Source: Oligoflexus sp.
GTDB taxonomy: Bacteria > Bdellovibrionota_B > Oligoflexia > Oligoflexales > Oligoflexaceae
Direction of reading: 5' to 3'
DNA length: 42,421 bases
NCBI GenBank assembly: GCA_041736305.1
Contig: JBGSTX010000200.1
Span: 1-42,421 of the forward strand
Part shown: in pieces, positions 26,654 to 38,010 of the stretch
How the letters are laid out: each line of letters starts with the position of its first letter
Numbering within the stretch: the stretch's first letter is position 1
Notes under the pieces: generated by a model
The model's input: only the letters and a program-made list of their open reading frames with translations
What the model was told of the DNA's origin: nothing
Databases searched by the model: none
Program-made: the position numbers and the translations under genes

Positions 26654-29600
26654 TTACATATTTCTTCGGTATTGCCCGCCGACTTCGTAGAGAGCTTCGG
26701 AAATTTCCCCAAGGGTGCAGACCTGCACGGCATCCATAAGACTCGCAAAAACATTTGCTCCAGCCAGGGCAGAACGCTTGAGCTCCGCTAGAGCCGCCGA
26801 CGATCTCGTAGCATAGCGCTTTTTGAAGCTTTGACCTGAATCAATTGCATACTCTTTTTCTTCCGCCGTGGATCGAATGACCTCGCCAGGAATGACCGTA
26901 GGCGACCCATCTTTACCAATAAACGTGTTCACGCCTACGATCGGCAAAGTACCTTCGTGCTTCATGGACTCGTAGTAAAGTGACTCATCTTGAATCTTCG
27001 ATCGCTGATACATGCGTTCCATGGCGCCGAGAACTCCACCGCGCTCAGATATGGATCGGAACTCATGCATCACGGCCTCTTCGACTAAATCGGTAAGCTC
27101 TTCGATAATAAATGCACCCTGCAGCGGATTCTCATTCCTAGCTAAGCCTAATTCCTTATTGATGATCAGCTGAATAGCCATCGCACGGCGCACGGATTCT
27201 TCAGTAGGCGTTGTAATTGCCTCGTCATAGGCGTTAGTGTGAAGCGAGTTGCAGTTGTCATAGATTGCGTAAAGAGCCTGGAGAGTGGTCCGAATATCGT
27301 TGAACGCGATCTCTTGGGCATGCAGACTACGCCCTGAGGTCTGGATATGGTACTTGAGCTTCTGCGAGCGCTCGTTTCCACCGTAGCAATTCTTGATGGC
27401 CTTGGCCCAGATGCGTCGAGCCACGCGGCCGATGACGGCATATTCAGGATCGGTACCGTTGGAAAAGAAGAAGGACAGGTTCGGCGCAAAATCATCAATA
27501 TGCATCCCACGAGCCAGATAGGATTCAACAAAGGTAAAGCCATTCGCGAGCGTAAAAGCCAGCTGGGTGATAGGGTTGGCGCCAGCCTCAGCGATATGGT
27601 AGCCGGAAATAGATACGGAATAGAAGTTACGAACGTTTTTCTCGATGAAGTACTGCTGAATATCGCCCATCATGCGCAGAGCAAATTCGGTGGAAAAGAT
27701 GCAGGTGTTTTGAGCCTGATCTTCTTTCAAGATATCGGCCTGCACGGTCCCCCTGACTTGACTCAGCGTATGGGCTTTGATCTTTCCATAGACTTCGGAA
27801 GGCAAAACATCTTGTCCGCTTACGCCGAGAAGCATAAGTCCTAAGCCGTCATTACCTGTGGGCAAAGCTCCCTGATAAGTAGGACGCGCCAGGTCGAGGT
27901 TTTTGTAGATGGACTCTATTTTTTGAGCCACTTCCGCCTCGAGGCCCTCACGGCGAATGTAGAGCTCACACTGCTGATCGATAGCCGCATTGAGGAAAAA
28001 AGCGAGCAGCATCGGGGCAGGCCCATTGATAGTCATCGATACCGAAGTACTGGGATGAGAGAGATTGAAACCTGAGTAGAGCTTCTTGGCATCATCAACA
28101 GTCGCGACACTTACTCCGGAGTTGCCAATTTTTCCATAAATATCAGGACGATAGTCGGGATCTTCTCCATAGAGGGTTACCGAATCGAAAGCGGTTGAAA
28201 GTCTTTTGGCTGGCAAACCCATAGAAACATAGTGGAAACGCCGATTTGTTCGCTCTGGTCCACCCTCTCCAGCAAACATCCTCGCTGGATCCTCTCCTTC
28301 GCGTTTCAGCGGAAATACACCGCTAGCATACGGAAACTCACCGGGCAGATTTTCGGTCAAAAGCCAGTAGAGGATATCACCCCAGTCCTTGAATTTCGGT
28401 AGAGCTACCTTCGGAATCTGCAGTCTTGAAAGGGATTCGGTGAAAAGGCTCTGCTCAATGACTTTGTCTCGGACCTGATACTTATAATGGGTCTCACGGT
28501 AGCGAGCATAGGTTTGCGGCCATGCTTTCAAAAGCTCACGGCAGCTATGGTCCAGTCGCCCTTCCAAATCTTGGTAGCGTTCTAGAAGCTTTTGAACGAG
28601 CTGATCATCCCCTGTGCGCGCTTCGGCATGCGGCTTGAAGTTGAGCGGCTCAAGGCATTCTGTACCTTTAGGCGAGCGAAGAGTTTCAATACTTCCATAA
28701 AGTTGATAGAGCTGCCTTGCCAAGGCTGTTTGCCGCTGGACGAAAGCCTTGTACTTTTCATGGCTCTCGGAGACTTCGGCCAAGTAACGGACTCGCTCGG
28801 GTGGCAAAATGTATCGTTGGGCTTCTGCGGGAATCTGGGGGATAGTCAGTGCCTGGAAAGCAGAATCCGTCTTCTGATTAAGAAGATCGATCAGGCGGCT
28901 GTAGAGTTTATTCATGCCGCTGTCGTTGAACTGCGAGGCCACTGTACCAAGTACAGGTAGCCCTTCCTCATCGCCGGTCCAGATATTATGGTTGCGACGA
29001 TACTGCTTGCGCACGTCACGGAGAGCATCGAGAGATCCACGCTTATCGAATTTATTGATCGCAATCACATCCGCAAAATCCAGCATATCGATTTTTTCTA
29101 GCTGGGTCGCAGCACCATATTCTGAGGTCATGACGTAAAGCGAGATATCCGAGTGCTCAACAATTTCTGTGTCAGATTGACCTATACCGGAAGTCTCAAC
29201 AATAATGAGATCGAAACCAGCGGCTTTACATATATCGATCGAATCTTGAACATATTTGCTCAGCGCTAGATTTGACTGCCTCGTCGCTAAAGAGCGCATG
29301 TAAACGCGCGGATGGTGAATCGCGTTCATACGAATCCGATCACCGAGCAAGGCCCCCCCGCTTTTTCTCTTCGAAGGATCAACTGAGATAATCGCCAGAG
29401 TTTTTTCACTGTGACAGCGCAGGAAACGCCGTACGAGCTCATCCACCAATGAAGATTTACCCGCTCCTCCGGTTCCAGTTACCCCTAAGACGGGGATCTT
29501 GCGACCCATGGAAGGTAGTCCGGCCAGCTTTTGCTTGAGCTCGTCTCGATAATGAGGGGCATTCTCTGCCACCGAAATGCAGCGGGCGATAGCCTGTACA

Positions 29601-30088
29601 TCGCGCTGCCTAAGGCGAGGCAGGAGTGGATCTACAGGAGGTTCCCCGGGAGAAAAATCGCAGTGCCGAAGCAAATCGTTGATCATGCCCTGCAGGCCCA
29701 TCGAACGTCCGTCATCAGGAGCATAAATGCGCGTGATGCCATGCCTATGCAGTTCTTCAATTTCGCTAGGAAGGATAGTTCCACCCCCTCCACCAAAGAC
29801 CTTTATATTGGCTTTTCTCTCCTGCAGGAGATCGTAGATGTATTTAAAGAACTCAAGATGGCCGCCTTGGTACGAAGTAATAGCTATGCCTTGAGCATCT
29901 TCCTGAATCGCACAGTCAACGATTTCTGCAGCCGAACGGTTATGCCCCAGGTGAATGACCTCAGCCCCTGAAGCCTGCAAAATACGCCGCATGATGTTGA
30001 TGGCAGCGTCGTGCCCATCGAAGAGCGAGGCGGCCGTTACGATACGAATCTGATGCTGAGACCTGTAGTTTTCCTGCGACTGAGACAT
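26654..30088 (-). CDS. icmF: Fused isobutyryl-CoA mutase / MeaB-like GTPase
   Basis: B12-binding [16 protein letters not shown], GTPase GTGGAGKSS, mutase [13 protein letters not shown] and [11 protein letters not shown], terminal GGQYRRNM. Confidence 0.95.
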   Translation of the reverse strand: MSQSQENYRSQHQIRIVTAASLFDGHDAAINIMRRILQASGAEVIHLGHNRSAAEIVDCAIQEDAQGIAITSYQGGHLEFFKYIYDLLQERKANIKVFGGGGGTILPSEIEELHRHGITRIYAPDDGRSMGLQGMINDLLRHCDFSPGEPPVDPLLPRLRQRDVQAIARCISVAENAPHYRDELKQKLAGLPSMGRKIPVLGVTGTGGAGKSSLVDELVRRFLRCHSEKTLAIISVDPSKRKSGGALLGDRIRMNAIHHPRVYMRSLATRQSNLALSKYVQDSIDICKAAGFDLIIVETSGIGQSDTEIVEHSDISLYVMTSEYGAATQLEKIDMLDFADVIAINKFDKRGSLDALRDVRKQYRRNHNIWTGDEEGLPVLGTVASQFNDSGMNKLYSRLIDLLNQKTDSAFQALTIPQIPAEAQRYILPPERVRYLAEVSESHEKYKAFVQRQTALARQLYQLYGSIETLRSPKGTECLEPLNFKPHAEARTGDDQLVQKLLERYQDLEGRLDHSCRELLKAWPQTYARYRETHYKYQVRDKVIEQSLFTESLSRLQIPKVALPKFKDWGDILYWLLTENLPGEFPYASGVFPLKREGEDPARMFAGEGGPERTNRRFHYVSMGLPAKRLSTAFDSVTLYGEDPDYRPDIYGKIGNSGVSVATVDDAKKLYSGFNLSHPSTSVSMTINGPAPMLLAFFLNAAIDQQCELYIRREGLEAEVAQKIESIYKNLDLARPTYQGALPTGNDGLGLMLLGVSGQDVLPSEVYGKIKAHTLSQVRGTVQADILKEDQAQNTCIFSTEFALRMMGDIQQYFIEKNVRNFYSVSISGYHIAEAGANPITQLAFTLANGFTFVESYLARGMHIDDFAPNLSFFFSNGTDPEYAVIGRVARRIWAKAIKNCYGGNERSQKLKYHIQTSGRSLHAQEIAFNDIRTTLQALYAIYDNCNSLHTNAYDEAITTPTEESVRRAMAIQLIINKELGLARNENPLQGAFIIEELTDLVEEAVMHEFRSISERGGVLGAMERMYQRSKIQDESLYYESMKHEGTLPIVGVNTFIGKDGSPTVIPGEVIRSTAEEKEYAIDSGQSFKKRYATRSSAALAELKRSALAGANVFASLMDAVQVCTLGEISEALYEVGGQYRRNM

Positions 30089-30339
30089 CACGCCCCCTTT
30101 CCAAAGTTCTCATCTACTCCGATCTGCCCTGACGTGTGTTGCTTACATGATTTCTAGCGAGTGGTCACGAAACAAGCTTTGAATATGCCATATTGCTAAG
30201 TTCGCGCCAGATCTGAGCCTTCCCCGCCCTCAGCTTCATGAAAGCGATTGCAACACCTGCGGAAAAAGGTAGCTTAGTGCTCTCGTCTGATATCTCAGCG
30301 CTATCCAAGGCAGTAATTTTCTCGCATCGGAGGCTCAGA

Positions 30340-30672
30340 ATGGCAAAATCCAAGAAAAAAGCAGCTGCAAAAGTGAGCAGTAAATCCAAGGCTAAAGCTG
30401 GCCGAACTGTGGCTAGAACGAGTAAAACAAGCGGCGCCGGTAAAAGTGCCAAGCGTGCAAATGTTAAGACTGGCGCGACAGGAAGCCGATCCAGCTCAGG
30501 AACGGGCGAAGGTGGAGCTGTTCTGGAATACAAACTGTTCGTTGAAGACTCAGTCCGTGGTCTTGAAGATCAAGTTAACTACTACATTGGCAAAGGTTGG
30601 GCTCCCGTTGGAGGCGTAGTGGTTCAAACAGGTGGCAACTTCATGCAGTCAATGGTTCGTCGTCAAGCCTGA
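30340..30672 (+). CDS. DUF1737-like protein with Lys/Ala/Ser-rich basic N-terminal tail
   Basis: GGAGG RBS, MAKSKKKAAAKVSSKSKAK...; C-terminal YKL...LEDQVNYYIGKGWAPVGG...FMQSMVR. Confidence 0.7.
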   Translation: MAKSKKKAAAKVSSKSKAKAGRTVARTSKTSGAGKSAKRANVKTGATGSRSSSGTGEGGAVLEYKLFVEDSVRGLEDQVNYYIGKGWAPVGGVVVQTGGNFMQSMVRRQA

Positions 30673-30683
30673 GTCTGTTAAAA

Positions 30684-30712
30684 GGCCGGGTGAAAACCAT
30701 CCGGCAGCCTTT
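30684..30712 (+). terminator. Possible terminator hairpin
   Basis: GCCGGGTG-AAAAC-CATCCGGC just after the stop codon. Confidence 0.45.
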
Positions 30713-31593
30713 GCTGCTCTCTTCCACTTTCTCCACCCCACTTCAGACATCCTACTTATACGGCGTCGAAATAACGCGAATTTCCATGATGGAAAGTTGC
30801 GCCACTGGAACTGACTTATCTCAGCCAAGTACCCAATTTCTTAGCACATATATCGGCGCGCCATAATTGTTGAACTAATTGACACGCTTGTTCCTTTATG
30901 AAACTTCCTGAAAAACTTGGCTTTTTAGACAAGTTAAGCGGTTCCGGGACAGCGAATCGAGTCTAAGTACCCGCTTTGCTTTAATCACCATGAAAAAAAA
31001 ATCTGTTCGACATGAAACTGAGGGGAGGCTTGTGCGTCTAAAAGGAGCAGGGATCGCCTCTCTAACTTACTGTAATTACTTCATATTTTTTTACAACAAA
31101 TTCACATACTTTTGGCATTTTGATAAAAGATCTGCAAGTTACTGCAATGAATAGAGTTTTAGAGGCTCGGCGAAAGTATTGGCCAAGATACGGCCGTAGC
31201 CGTAGATTCAAAATAGATCTTTGGTGTCATCGAGAAAGTAAACACAGCTTCTTAAAAGAGCTCTGCGGAGAAGATTGTCACTATGCAGAGCATGCAGGAA
31301 AAAAAACCAATCAAAATGACTTCAAACTTCAAATTCAGAGAACTTTTGCAGGTTTTGCTAACGTAATTTTATTACGACGTTCTATAAACATTCCGTACCT
31401 CGTTCGGTTACTGAAAAGCAATTCTTCCCCCGTTTTTTGGTGCCAACTCACCCACTAGGTACAAAGTCCATTTCCATAGGTTCCCCTCTGCCGCCAAATG
31501 GCTCGTTTGGCTTGACCCGTCCGAAAGGACGGGTACCCATCTCCCGTTTAAGATGCTTTATCGCTTATTTCAGGCGCTTCCCCAACGAACTTA

Positions 31594-32541
31594 TCAGCCG
31601 AGATGCTCACGAAAGTACGCGATAGTCTTTCTTAATCCCTCCTCCAAGGGCACCTTTGGCCTAAAATTAAGGTATTTTTCGGCCATGTCTAACACCGGGC
31701 GCCGGACTTTAGGGTCGTCTTGAGGTAAAGCTTTGCGAACGATGCGAGAACGACTTCCGGTCATCGCGATTACTTTTTCAGCCAGCTGCATAACAGTGAA
31801 CTCGCCTGCGTTCCCAATATTGACGGGACCCAAGGTCGCATCCTGCTTATTGAGCGCGATGATTCCATCGAGGAGATCATCCACATAGCAGAAGGCTCGC
31901 GTTTGCGATCCGTCACCATACACGGTGATATCTTCACCTTTCAGAGCCTGTACGATAAAGTTTGAAACGACTCTTCCATCGTTTGGATCCATGCGTGGAC
32001 CGTAGGTATTGAAGATGCGAACCACTCGCACGTCGACGGCATGCTCTCTATGATAATCGAAGATCAGAGTCTCGGCTGCGCGCTTGCCTTCATCGTAGCA
32101 GCTGCGAGGTCCGATTGGGTTAACGTTCCCCCAATAGCTCTCAGGCTGTGGATGCTCCAGGGGGTCACCATAAACCTCCGAAGTACTCGCATGACCGAAG
32201 CGAGCGCCGACGCGTTTGGCCAACCCAAGCAGATTCATTGTGCCGAGCACCGATGTCTTCATCGTCTTGATGGGGTTAGCTTGATAATGCACAGGACTCG
32301 CCGGACAGGCGAAATTAAGAATGAGATCGACTTCTGCCATGTAGGGCTCAACGATATCATGGCGTACAAGTTCGAACTTAGGATTTTGCAGCAGGTGGCT
32401 AACGTTACGTTTGTGTCCCGTAAAAAAGTTATCTACACAAATAACTTCCCAGCCCATGCCAAGATATCTATCGCAGAGGTGACTTCCTAAGAATCCGGCA
32501 CCGCCTGCGATCAGCACACGTCCTGACTCAGATCGTGCCAT
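31594..32541 (-). CDS. UDP-glucuronate decarboxylase (UDP-xylose synthase), extended SDR
   Basis: [51 protein letters not shown]. Confidence 0.93.
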   Translation of the reverse strand: MARSESGRVLIAGGAGFLGSHLCDRYLGMGWEVICVDNFFTGHKRNVSHLLQNPKFELVRHDIVEPYMAEVDLILNFACPASPVHYQANPIKTMKTSVLGTMNLLGLAKRVGARFGHASTSEVYGDPLEHPQPESYWGNVNPIGPRSCYDEGKRAAETLIFDYHREHAVDVRVVRIFNTYGPRMDPNDGRVVSNFIVQALKGEDITVYGDGSQTRAFCYVDDLLDGIIALNKQDATLGPVNIGNAGEFTVMQLAEKVIAMTGSRSRIVRKALPQDDPKVRRPVLDMAEKYLNFRPKVPLEEGLRKTIAYFREHLG

Positions 32542-32638
32542 CAGTAATCTCCTTATTCAGGATGCAAGGTGCGCAGATAATATGATAGCTTACTCCGGCG
32601 TGCAAACGATTTGTACTTGCTCCGGAGGAAAATTTTGC

Positions 32639-33799
32639 ATGAATATCCATGAATACCAAGCAAAACAGCTCTTCAGACAGAACGGTGTTCCTGTTCCTGA
32701 AGGTTACTTGGCAAGCACTCCCACAGAAGCTGAATTTGCAATGCGACGGCTCGGCACTGAAGTAGGCGTCGTGAAAGCCCAGGTGCACGCCGGGGGCCGG
32801 GGAAAAGGGGGCGGTGTCAAGCTCGCCAAGACAGCTGAAGAAGCTCGCAAAATCGCCGAGCAAATGCTCGGAATGACTCTCGTCACTCATCAGACTGGAC
32901 CGGAAGGCAAGAAGGTCCATTCGGTTTACGTCGAAGCTGGTAGCAAGATTGTCAAAGAATACTATCTAGCTCTGGTTCTCGATCGCGAGACGGCATCGGT
33001 CAGCATAATGTTCTCTACCGAAGGCGGTATGGACATCGAAGAAGTGGCTGCCAAGACTCCCGATAAAATCGTCGTTGTGCATGTTGATCCGACGATCGGC
33101 CTGCAGGGCTTCCACACCCGCCGCATCTGCTTCGGCCTCAATCTACCGGCCAGCGAGCAAAAAGAGCTGACGAGCATCGTCAAGAGTCTCTACAAAATGT
33201 TTTTGAAATACGATTACTCCATGCTCGAAATAAATCCTTTGGTCGTCACCGCCGACGGTAAGATGTTCGCGCTCGACGGCAAAATGAACTTCGATGACAA
33301 CGCCCTCTATCGCCAAAAAGAAATCGAAGTCATGCGCGATTTCAAAGAAGAGGACGACCGCGATATTCAGGCCTCCAAGTATGGGCTGAGCTACATCGGC
33401 CTCGAAGGCAACATCGGCTGTCTTGTCAATGGTGCCGGCCTAGCGATGGCGACGATGGACATCATCAAGCACTACGGCGGACAACCTGCCAACTTACTCG
33501 ATGTCGGCGGTGGCGCAAGCCAGGAAACCGTAACCAATGCCTTCAAGATCCTCTTTGCGGATCGCAATGTGAAAGGCATCTTCGTCAACATCTTCGGCGG
33601 AATCATGAAGTGCGATATCATCGCTAACGGTATCGTTGCCGCTGCCAAAGAACTCGGCCTCAGGGTGCCAATGGTCGTCCGCCTCGAAGGTACCAACGTC
33701 GACAAGGGCAAGGAAATCCTGCGCTCTTCAGGCCTCAACCTTTACGCTGCTAACGACATGGCAGACGGCGCTAAAAAAATCGTGGAAATGGCTAAGTAA
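32639..33799 (+). CDS. sucC: Succinyl-CoA synthetase beta subunit
   Basis: [42 protein letters not shown]. Confidence 0.98.
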   Translation: MNIHEYQAKQLFRQNGVPVPEGYLASTPTEAEFAMRRLGTEVGVVKAQVHAGGRGKGGGVKLAKTAEEARKIAEQMLGMTLVTHQTGPEGKKVHSVYVEAGSKIVKEYYLALVLDRETASVSIMFSTEGGMDIEEVAAKTPDKIVVVHVDPTIGLQGFHTRRICFGLNLPASEQKELTSIVKSLYKMFLKYDYSMLEINPLVVTADGKMFALDGKMNFDDNALYRQKEIEVMRDFKEEDDRDIQASKYGLSYIGLEGNIGCLVNGAGLAMATMDIIKHYGGQPANLLDVGGGASQETVTNAFKILFADRNVKGIFVNIFGGIMKCDIIANGIVAAAKELGLRVPMVVRLEGTNVDKGKEILRSSGLNLYAANDMADGAKKIVEMAK

Positions 33800-33823
33800 G
33801 CTGCGCGCGCAAGGAGTAAGACT

Positions 33824-34711
33824 GTGGCGATTCTTGTAAATTCTCAGACTCGTGTAATCACTCAAGGCATCACCGGCAAATCCGGCGAATTCCATACCAA
33901 GCTTTCCCACGAATACGCGCCTCGCTTCGTCGGCGGCGTGACGCCAGGTAAGGGCGGGCAAAAAGGGATTCTCGATCTGCCAATATTCGATACGGTGGCC
34001 GAAGCCAAAGAAAAGGCCGGCGCCAACGCTTCCATGATTTTCGTCCCTCCCCCTTTTGCAGCTGACGCTATCCTTGAAGCCATTGACGCCGAGATCGAGC
34101 TGATCATCTGCATCACCGAAGGGATCCCCGTCCTCGATATGGTGCCGGTTAAAAAGGCTCTGGAGCGCTCGAAAAAGTCTCGCCTTATAGGCCCCAACTG
34201 TCCCGGCGTCATCACTCCAGGACAATGCAAAATCGGGATTATGCCTGGCCATATCCATAAGATCGGCAAAGCAGGGATAGTCTCAAAATCGGGTACGCTC
34301 ACCTATGAAGCTGTCGGACAAACCACAGCTCTAGGCATAGGGCAGAGCAGCTGCGTAGGCATTGGCGGCGACCCTATTATCGGGACGATCTACACGGATG
34401 TCCTAGCCTTGTTCGAAGCTGATCCACAGACTGAAGGCATTATCCTTATCGGCGAAATCGGTGGTGACGCCGAAATCAAGGCCGCTCAGTTCATTAAAGA
34501 AAACATCAAAAAGCCAGTCGCCGCCTTCATCGCCGGACAAACGGCGCCTGCAGGCAAGCGTATGGGTCACGCGGGCGCAATTATCTCCGGCGGTTCTGGT
34601 ACAGCTGCTGAGAAGATGGCTGCACTTGAAGAAGCTGGGGTTGTTGTCGCGCGCAGTCCTGCCGACCTCGCCTCGTCTTTGAAGACCGCAATGGAACGTA
34701 AAAGAAAATAG
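33824..34711 (+). CDS. sucD: Succinyl-CoA synthetase alpha subunit
   Basis: [29 protein letters not shown]. Confidence 0.98.
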   Translation: MAILVNSQTRVITQGITGKSGEFHTKLSHEYAPRFVGGVTPGKGGQKGILDLPIFDTVAEAKEKAGANASMIFVPPPFAADAILEAIDAEIELIICITEGIPVLDMVPVKKALERSKKSRLIGPNCPGVITPGQCKIGIMPGHIHKIGKAGIVSKSGTLTYEAVGQTTALGIGQSSCVGIGGDPIIGTIYTDVLALFEADPQTEGIILIGEIGGDAEIKAAQFIKENIKKPVAAFIAGQTAPAGKRMGHAGAIISGGSGTAAEKMAALEEAGVVVARSPADLASSLKTAMERKRK

Positions 34712-34729
34712 TCGAAGTGAGAGAAGAAG

Positions 34730-35296
34730 ATGCTGGGCCTCAGACATTTCCGCGGCAGTGCTATCGATCTTTTTCAAGGCGATATCACTGAATTTGTTTG
34801 TGACGTCATGGTCAATGCCGCTAACGAATCCCTTGGCGGTGGTGGAGGTGTCGACGGCGCGATTCATCGCGCAGGAGGTCCCAGTATCCTTGCTGCTTGC
34901 CGGGAGATCGGCGGCTGCCCTACGGGACAGGCCGTTATCACCGGGGCTGGTAGCTTGCCAGCTCAGCGTGTAATCCATGCCGTTGGCCCCATCTGGAAAT
35001 CGGGTAAAGAAGGTGAAGCCGCTCTGTTGGAAAGCGCCTACAGAAGCAGCCTGCAACTCGCAGCGCAGCATGGCCTGAAGCATATCGCTCTTCCATCCAT
35101 CAGCACTGGAGTCTACGGCTATCCGATTGAAAAAGCTGCTCCGCTTGCCCTGCAAGTGGTCATGGGCTTTTTGGAAGAATCGCCCCCCGGCTTGCTGAGA
35201 CGCATCACCTTTGTGCTCTTCGATCGAACACAGTATCAGGTCTTTCAAAAAGCGCTATTCGCGACTTTTCCCGAAGCTGCTGAGGAGCGGACGTGA
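34730..35296 (+). CDS. Macrodomain O-acetyl-ADP-ribose deacetylase (YmdB/MacroD-like)
   Basis: GDIT, VNAAN.SL.GGGGVDGAIHRAGG, VIHAVGP, SISTGVYGYP. Confidence 0.92.
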   Translation: MLGLRHFRGSAIDLFQGDITEFVCDVMVNAANESLGGGGGVDGAIHRAGGPSILAACREIGGCPTGQAVITGAGSLPAQRVIHAVGPIWKSGKEGEAALLESAYRSSLQLAAQHGLKHIALPSISTGVYGYPIEKAAPLALQVVMGFLEESPPGLLRRITFVLFDRTQYQVFQKALFATFPEAAEERT

Positions 35297-36246
35297 AACT
35301 CTCGCAACTCGCATACTACAAGACTGGCGGCTCCTGCCAAAAGCTTTATCTTCCCGAGTCCACAGCTGAACTCGTCAGCATTGTGAAAACAATACATGCG
35401 CAGAAGCAGCCTTTTTTCGTCTTGGGTGGCGGCACCAATTCATTAGTCCTCGACGAACCTTGGCCTGGAGCTGTCATCGCGTTTTCGAAAATGAATAAGA
35501 TCGAAGTCGCTGGCCATCTTATGACCTGCGAAGCTGGTGCGGAGAATACATCCATAGCGCAAAGAGCTCTACGGGAAGGGCTGGGTGGACTTTCCTGGAT
35601 GAACCGTTTGCCGGGACAGCTCGGCGGTACGGTCCGCATGAATGCACGCTGCTACGGCGGCGAAATCAGCCAAGTCGTAAGTGAAGTAGAAGCTGTACTG
35701 CCGGATGGAACTTTGCAGACTTTTCATTCTAGTTCAGGGATTTTTTCTGGATATAAAGACACTCTCTTTATGAGGAATGGCGCCATCATCGCCAGGGCGA
35801 CTCTTAAGCTTCAAGCTGGGGACGTTAAGGCGCTCGAAGAGCACATGAGCTTTTGCGAAAGTGACCGGATCGCCAAAGGACAATTCAAGCATCCCACCTG
35901 CGGTTGTGTTTTCAAGAATGATTATAAGGTTGGAGTACCCAGCGGGATGCTCCTCGACCAGGCCGGCGCTCATCAGCTGAGTTCTGGCAACACTCAGATC
36001 AATCCACAGCATGCAAACTTCGTCTATAACCTCGGTGCTAGCAGTCGCGAAATCATCGAGTTGAGTTTGCGTATGCGTGAGCTCGTTTACCAAGAATTCG
36101 GTGTCTGGCTGGCCTATGAAATGGAAATACTGGGCGAGATCCCCCCCGATCTACAGCTCCGCATCAGCGAGCAGAAACCTCCCCAATTCCGCGATGAGAA
36201 ACTAGCTCCCCTCCGCAAGCTTTTTCAGAGGCGCAGCGTGGACTAA
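35293..36246 (+). CDS. murB: UDP-N-acetylenolpyruvoylglucosamine reductase
   Basis: LGGGTN, PGQLGGTVRMNA.CYG, P.CGCVFKN, HANF. Confidence 0.9.
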   Translation: MKLSQLAYYKTGGSCQKLYLPESTAELVSIVKTIHAQKQPFFVLGGGTNSLVLDEPWPGAVIAFSKMNKIEVAGHLMTCEAGAENTSIAQRALREGLGGLSWMNRLPGQLGGTVRMNARCYGGEISQVVSEVEAVLPDGTLQTFHSSSGIFSGYKDTLFMRNGAIIARATLKLQAGDVKALEEHMSFCESDRIAKGQFKHPTCGCVFKNDYKVGVPSGMLLDQAGAHQLSSGNTQINPQHANFVYNLGASSREIIELSLRMRELVYQEFGVWLAYEMEILGEIPPDLQLRISEQKPPQFRDEKLAPLRKLFQRRSVD

Positions 36247-36366
36247 ATCCCCAAAAAATTCCATTACGGCCTTTCAGCATAATCAATATCAGGAACTTGG
36301 CAAGCGGTGCCCAAAAAAGGCACAATAAAGTCCTCTGGCTCATTGCTAGCAGAAGGACACGACATC

Positions 36367-37701
36367 ATGGTCAAAGCTCATTCGATAGATGGCTCTCTTC
36401 CCCCTGTCCCTCCCAGTCAAAGCGCCAAGTGGCGAGACCTCTATGAGTTCTATACTGACTTGCAGATGGCTATGAATGATCGCTATCGACGCCATGGCCG
36501 GGTTTTTCGCTGGTCCCCTTTTCGCGATATCATCATAATGTTAGGAGCTGATGCACAGCAGTTTGTACTGGTCAACAATCCCAAACTTTTCTCAGCCCAG
36601 AAAGCTTGGCAAGAAAATATTGGGGTGCTCTTTAAAGGGGGGCTTCTGAATCGAGATGGGAGCGACCATCGCTCGCACCGCCGGCTCCTAATGCCGGCAT
36701 TTCGACAAGAAGCTCTCGTGTTTTACTTGGAATCGGCGGCGCCTCTGATAGATCAACATCTGGACCAGTGGCCTCTGGATTGTCCAGACATCTATGCCAG
36801 GGCTAAAGAGCTTACGCTGCAGATTGCCATCAAAGTCTTTTTCGGAATTACTCTCGCATCTGAGCTGAGTCTCTATAATCGCCACATTACCGATATCGTC
36901 GCAGGTTCTATAGCATTTTTAAAAACACCTCTGATCGGCCTCACCTATCAGAGAGCCCTTCGAGCCCGAGAGCAGCTCGTTAAACTCCTCGAACCACTCC
37001 TCGTCCAAAGACGCAGCGAAGTGAGCCGCGATATGCTGGGCCAGCTCTGCCAAAGCCGAGACGAAGAAGGCAATTCCCTGAGCGACCACGAAATCATCGA
37101 TCAGATGATCTTCATTATGATGGCTGCTCACGATACGACCGCTTCGACTCTCGCAAGTCTTTTCTACGAGCTCGGACGCAATACCAGCTGGCAGCTTAAG
37201 CTGCGTCGTGAGAATCAAGAAATTGCGGCCCGGGGACTCTCACCAGCAGAAATTCCTGATAATGTGGAGCTTTATCACTACGTAATCAAAGAAACTCTTC
37301 GACTCAACGCACCTCTCAAAGTGATCCCTCGACGCAGCCTAGAAGCCTTTTCCTTTGACTCTTTCACCATAGAGGCTGACCAAATGATTGCGGTATGTCC
37401 GGCGTTCTCGCATCATATGAAAGAGTATTGGACCGAGCCAAAACTCTTCGATCCTTTGCGCTTCAGCCCGGAACGAGCTGAGCACAAGAATCACCCCTAT
37501 GCCTACATGCCTTTCGGGGGTGGAATACACCTCTGCTTAGGGCAGTTCTTTGCTGAGAAATTTTTGTCGCTGATTCTCTTCAAGATCATAGACCGCTTCA
37601 ACTGGCGAGTTCCTGGCTGGGAAACTCTGCGCTTCCAGCAGGTACCCATTCAGATTCCGAAGGGAAGAATGCCGGTCCGTCTGATTCCGACCGGCGCTTG
37701 A
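36367..37701 (+). CDS. Cytochrome P450
   Basis: I-helix AAHDTTAS, ETLR, FDPLRF, heme motif FGGGIHLCLG; start uncertain (36307 GTG or 36367 ATG). Confidence 0.93.
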   Translation: MVKAHSIDGSLPPVPPSQSAKWRDLYEFYTDLQMAMNDRYRRHGRVFRWSPFRDIIIMLGADAQQFVLVNNPKLFSAQKAWQENIGVLFKGGLLNRDGSDHRSHRRLLMPAFRQEALVFYLESAAPLIDQHLDQWPLDCPDIYARAKELTLQIAIKVFFGITLASELSLYNRHITDIVAGSIAFLKTPLIGLTYQRALRAREQLVKLLEPLLVQRRSEVSRDMLGQLCQSRDEEGNSLSDHEIIDQMIFIMMAAHDTTASTLASLFYELGRNTSWQLKLRRENQEIAARGLSPAEIPDNVELYHYVIKETLRLNAPLKVIPRRSLEAFSFDSFTIEADQMIAVCPAFSHHMKEYWTEPKLFDPLRFSPERAEHKNHPYAYMPFGGGIHLCLGQFFAEKFLSLILFKIIDRFNWRVPGWETLRFQQVPIQIPKGRMPVRLIPTGA

Positions 37702-37713
37702 GCAGAAGACTTC

Positions 37714-38010
37714 TTATCCGATTTCGCGGAGTCTCTCGAAGGGGTAAATTCCGGTTTTGTGACCATCGCTAAACTGAATCGTGAGGGCATAGCGGCCCAC
37801 CGATTCAATCCGAAGCGGGCGCAAGGATTCAGCTACGCTGTCAGGATTCAGCTTAATTTCCCGTGTCACCTCGTCCACGCAATGGGCACAGCGGCACTGA
37901 CGCCGTAGTTCAACTACATCGAAGAGACTTTTTTTACCATCGGTCCATTGTATCGCCAAAGTCCTGTCGTCTTGTTGCCAGATTTGCTTAACTCTCGCTT
38001 GCTCACTCAT
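37714..38010 (-). CDS. DUF971 / GBBH-like N-terminal domain protein
   Basis: I.W.DG, LRRQCRCAHC, VGRYAL.I.FSDGH.TGIY. Confidence 0.88.
   Translation of the reverse strand: MSEQARVKQIWQQDDRTLAIQWTDGKKSLFDVVELRRQCRCAHCVDEVTREIKLNPDSVAESLRPLRIESVGRYALTIQFSDGHKTGIYPFERLREIG

Noticed and set aside
30795-30835. Cobalamin riboswitch (GCCACTG) near icmF
   Set aside because: Other conserved B12-box elements are missing, and position and strand do not fit icmF
30900-31150. oriC in the AT-rich intergenic stretch
   Set aside because: No cluster of TTATCCACA DnaA boxes and no dnaA/gidA context
34403-35248. 281-aa minus-strand ORF and similar long antisense ORFs (e.g. 25693-26265, 33728-34258, 17758-18288)
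   Set aside because: They are shadows of well-supported genes on the opposite strand and have no recognisable motifs
34730-35296. Macrodomain as part of a defence system or antidote to the island toxin
   Set aside because: It is an ordinary YmdB/MacroD-type protein in a housekeeping operon 13 kb away
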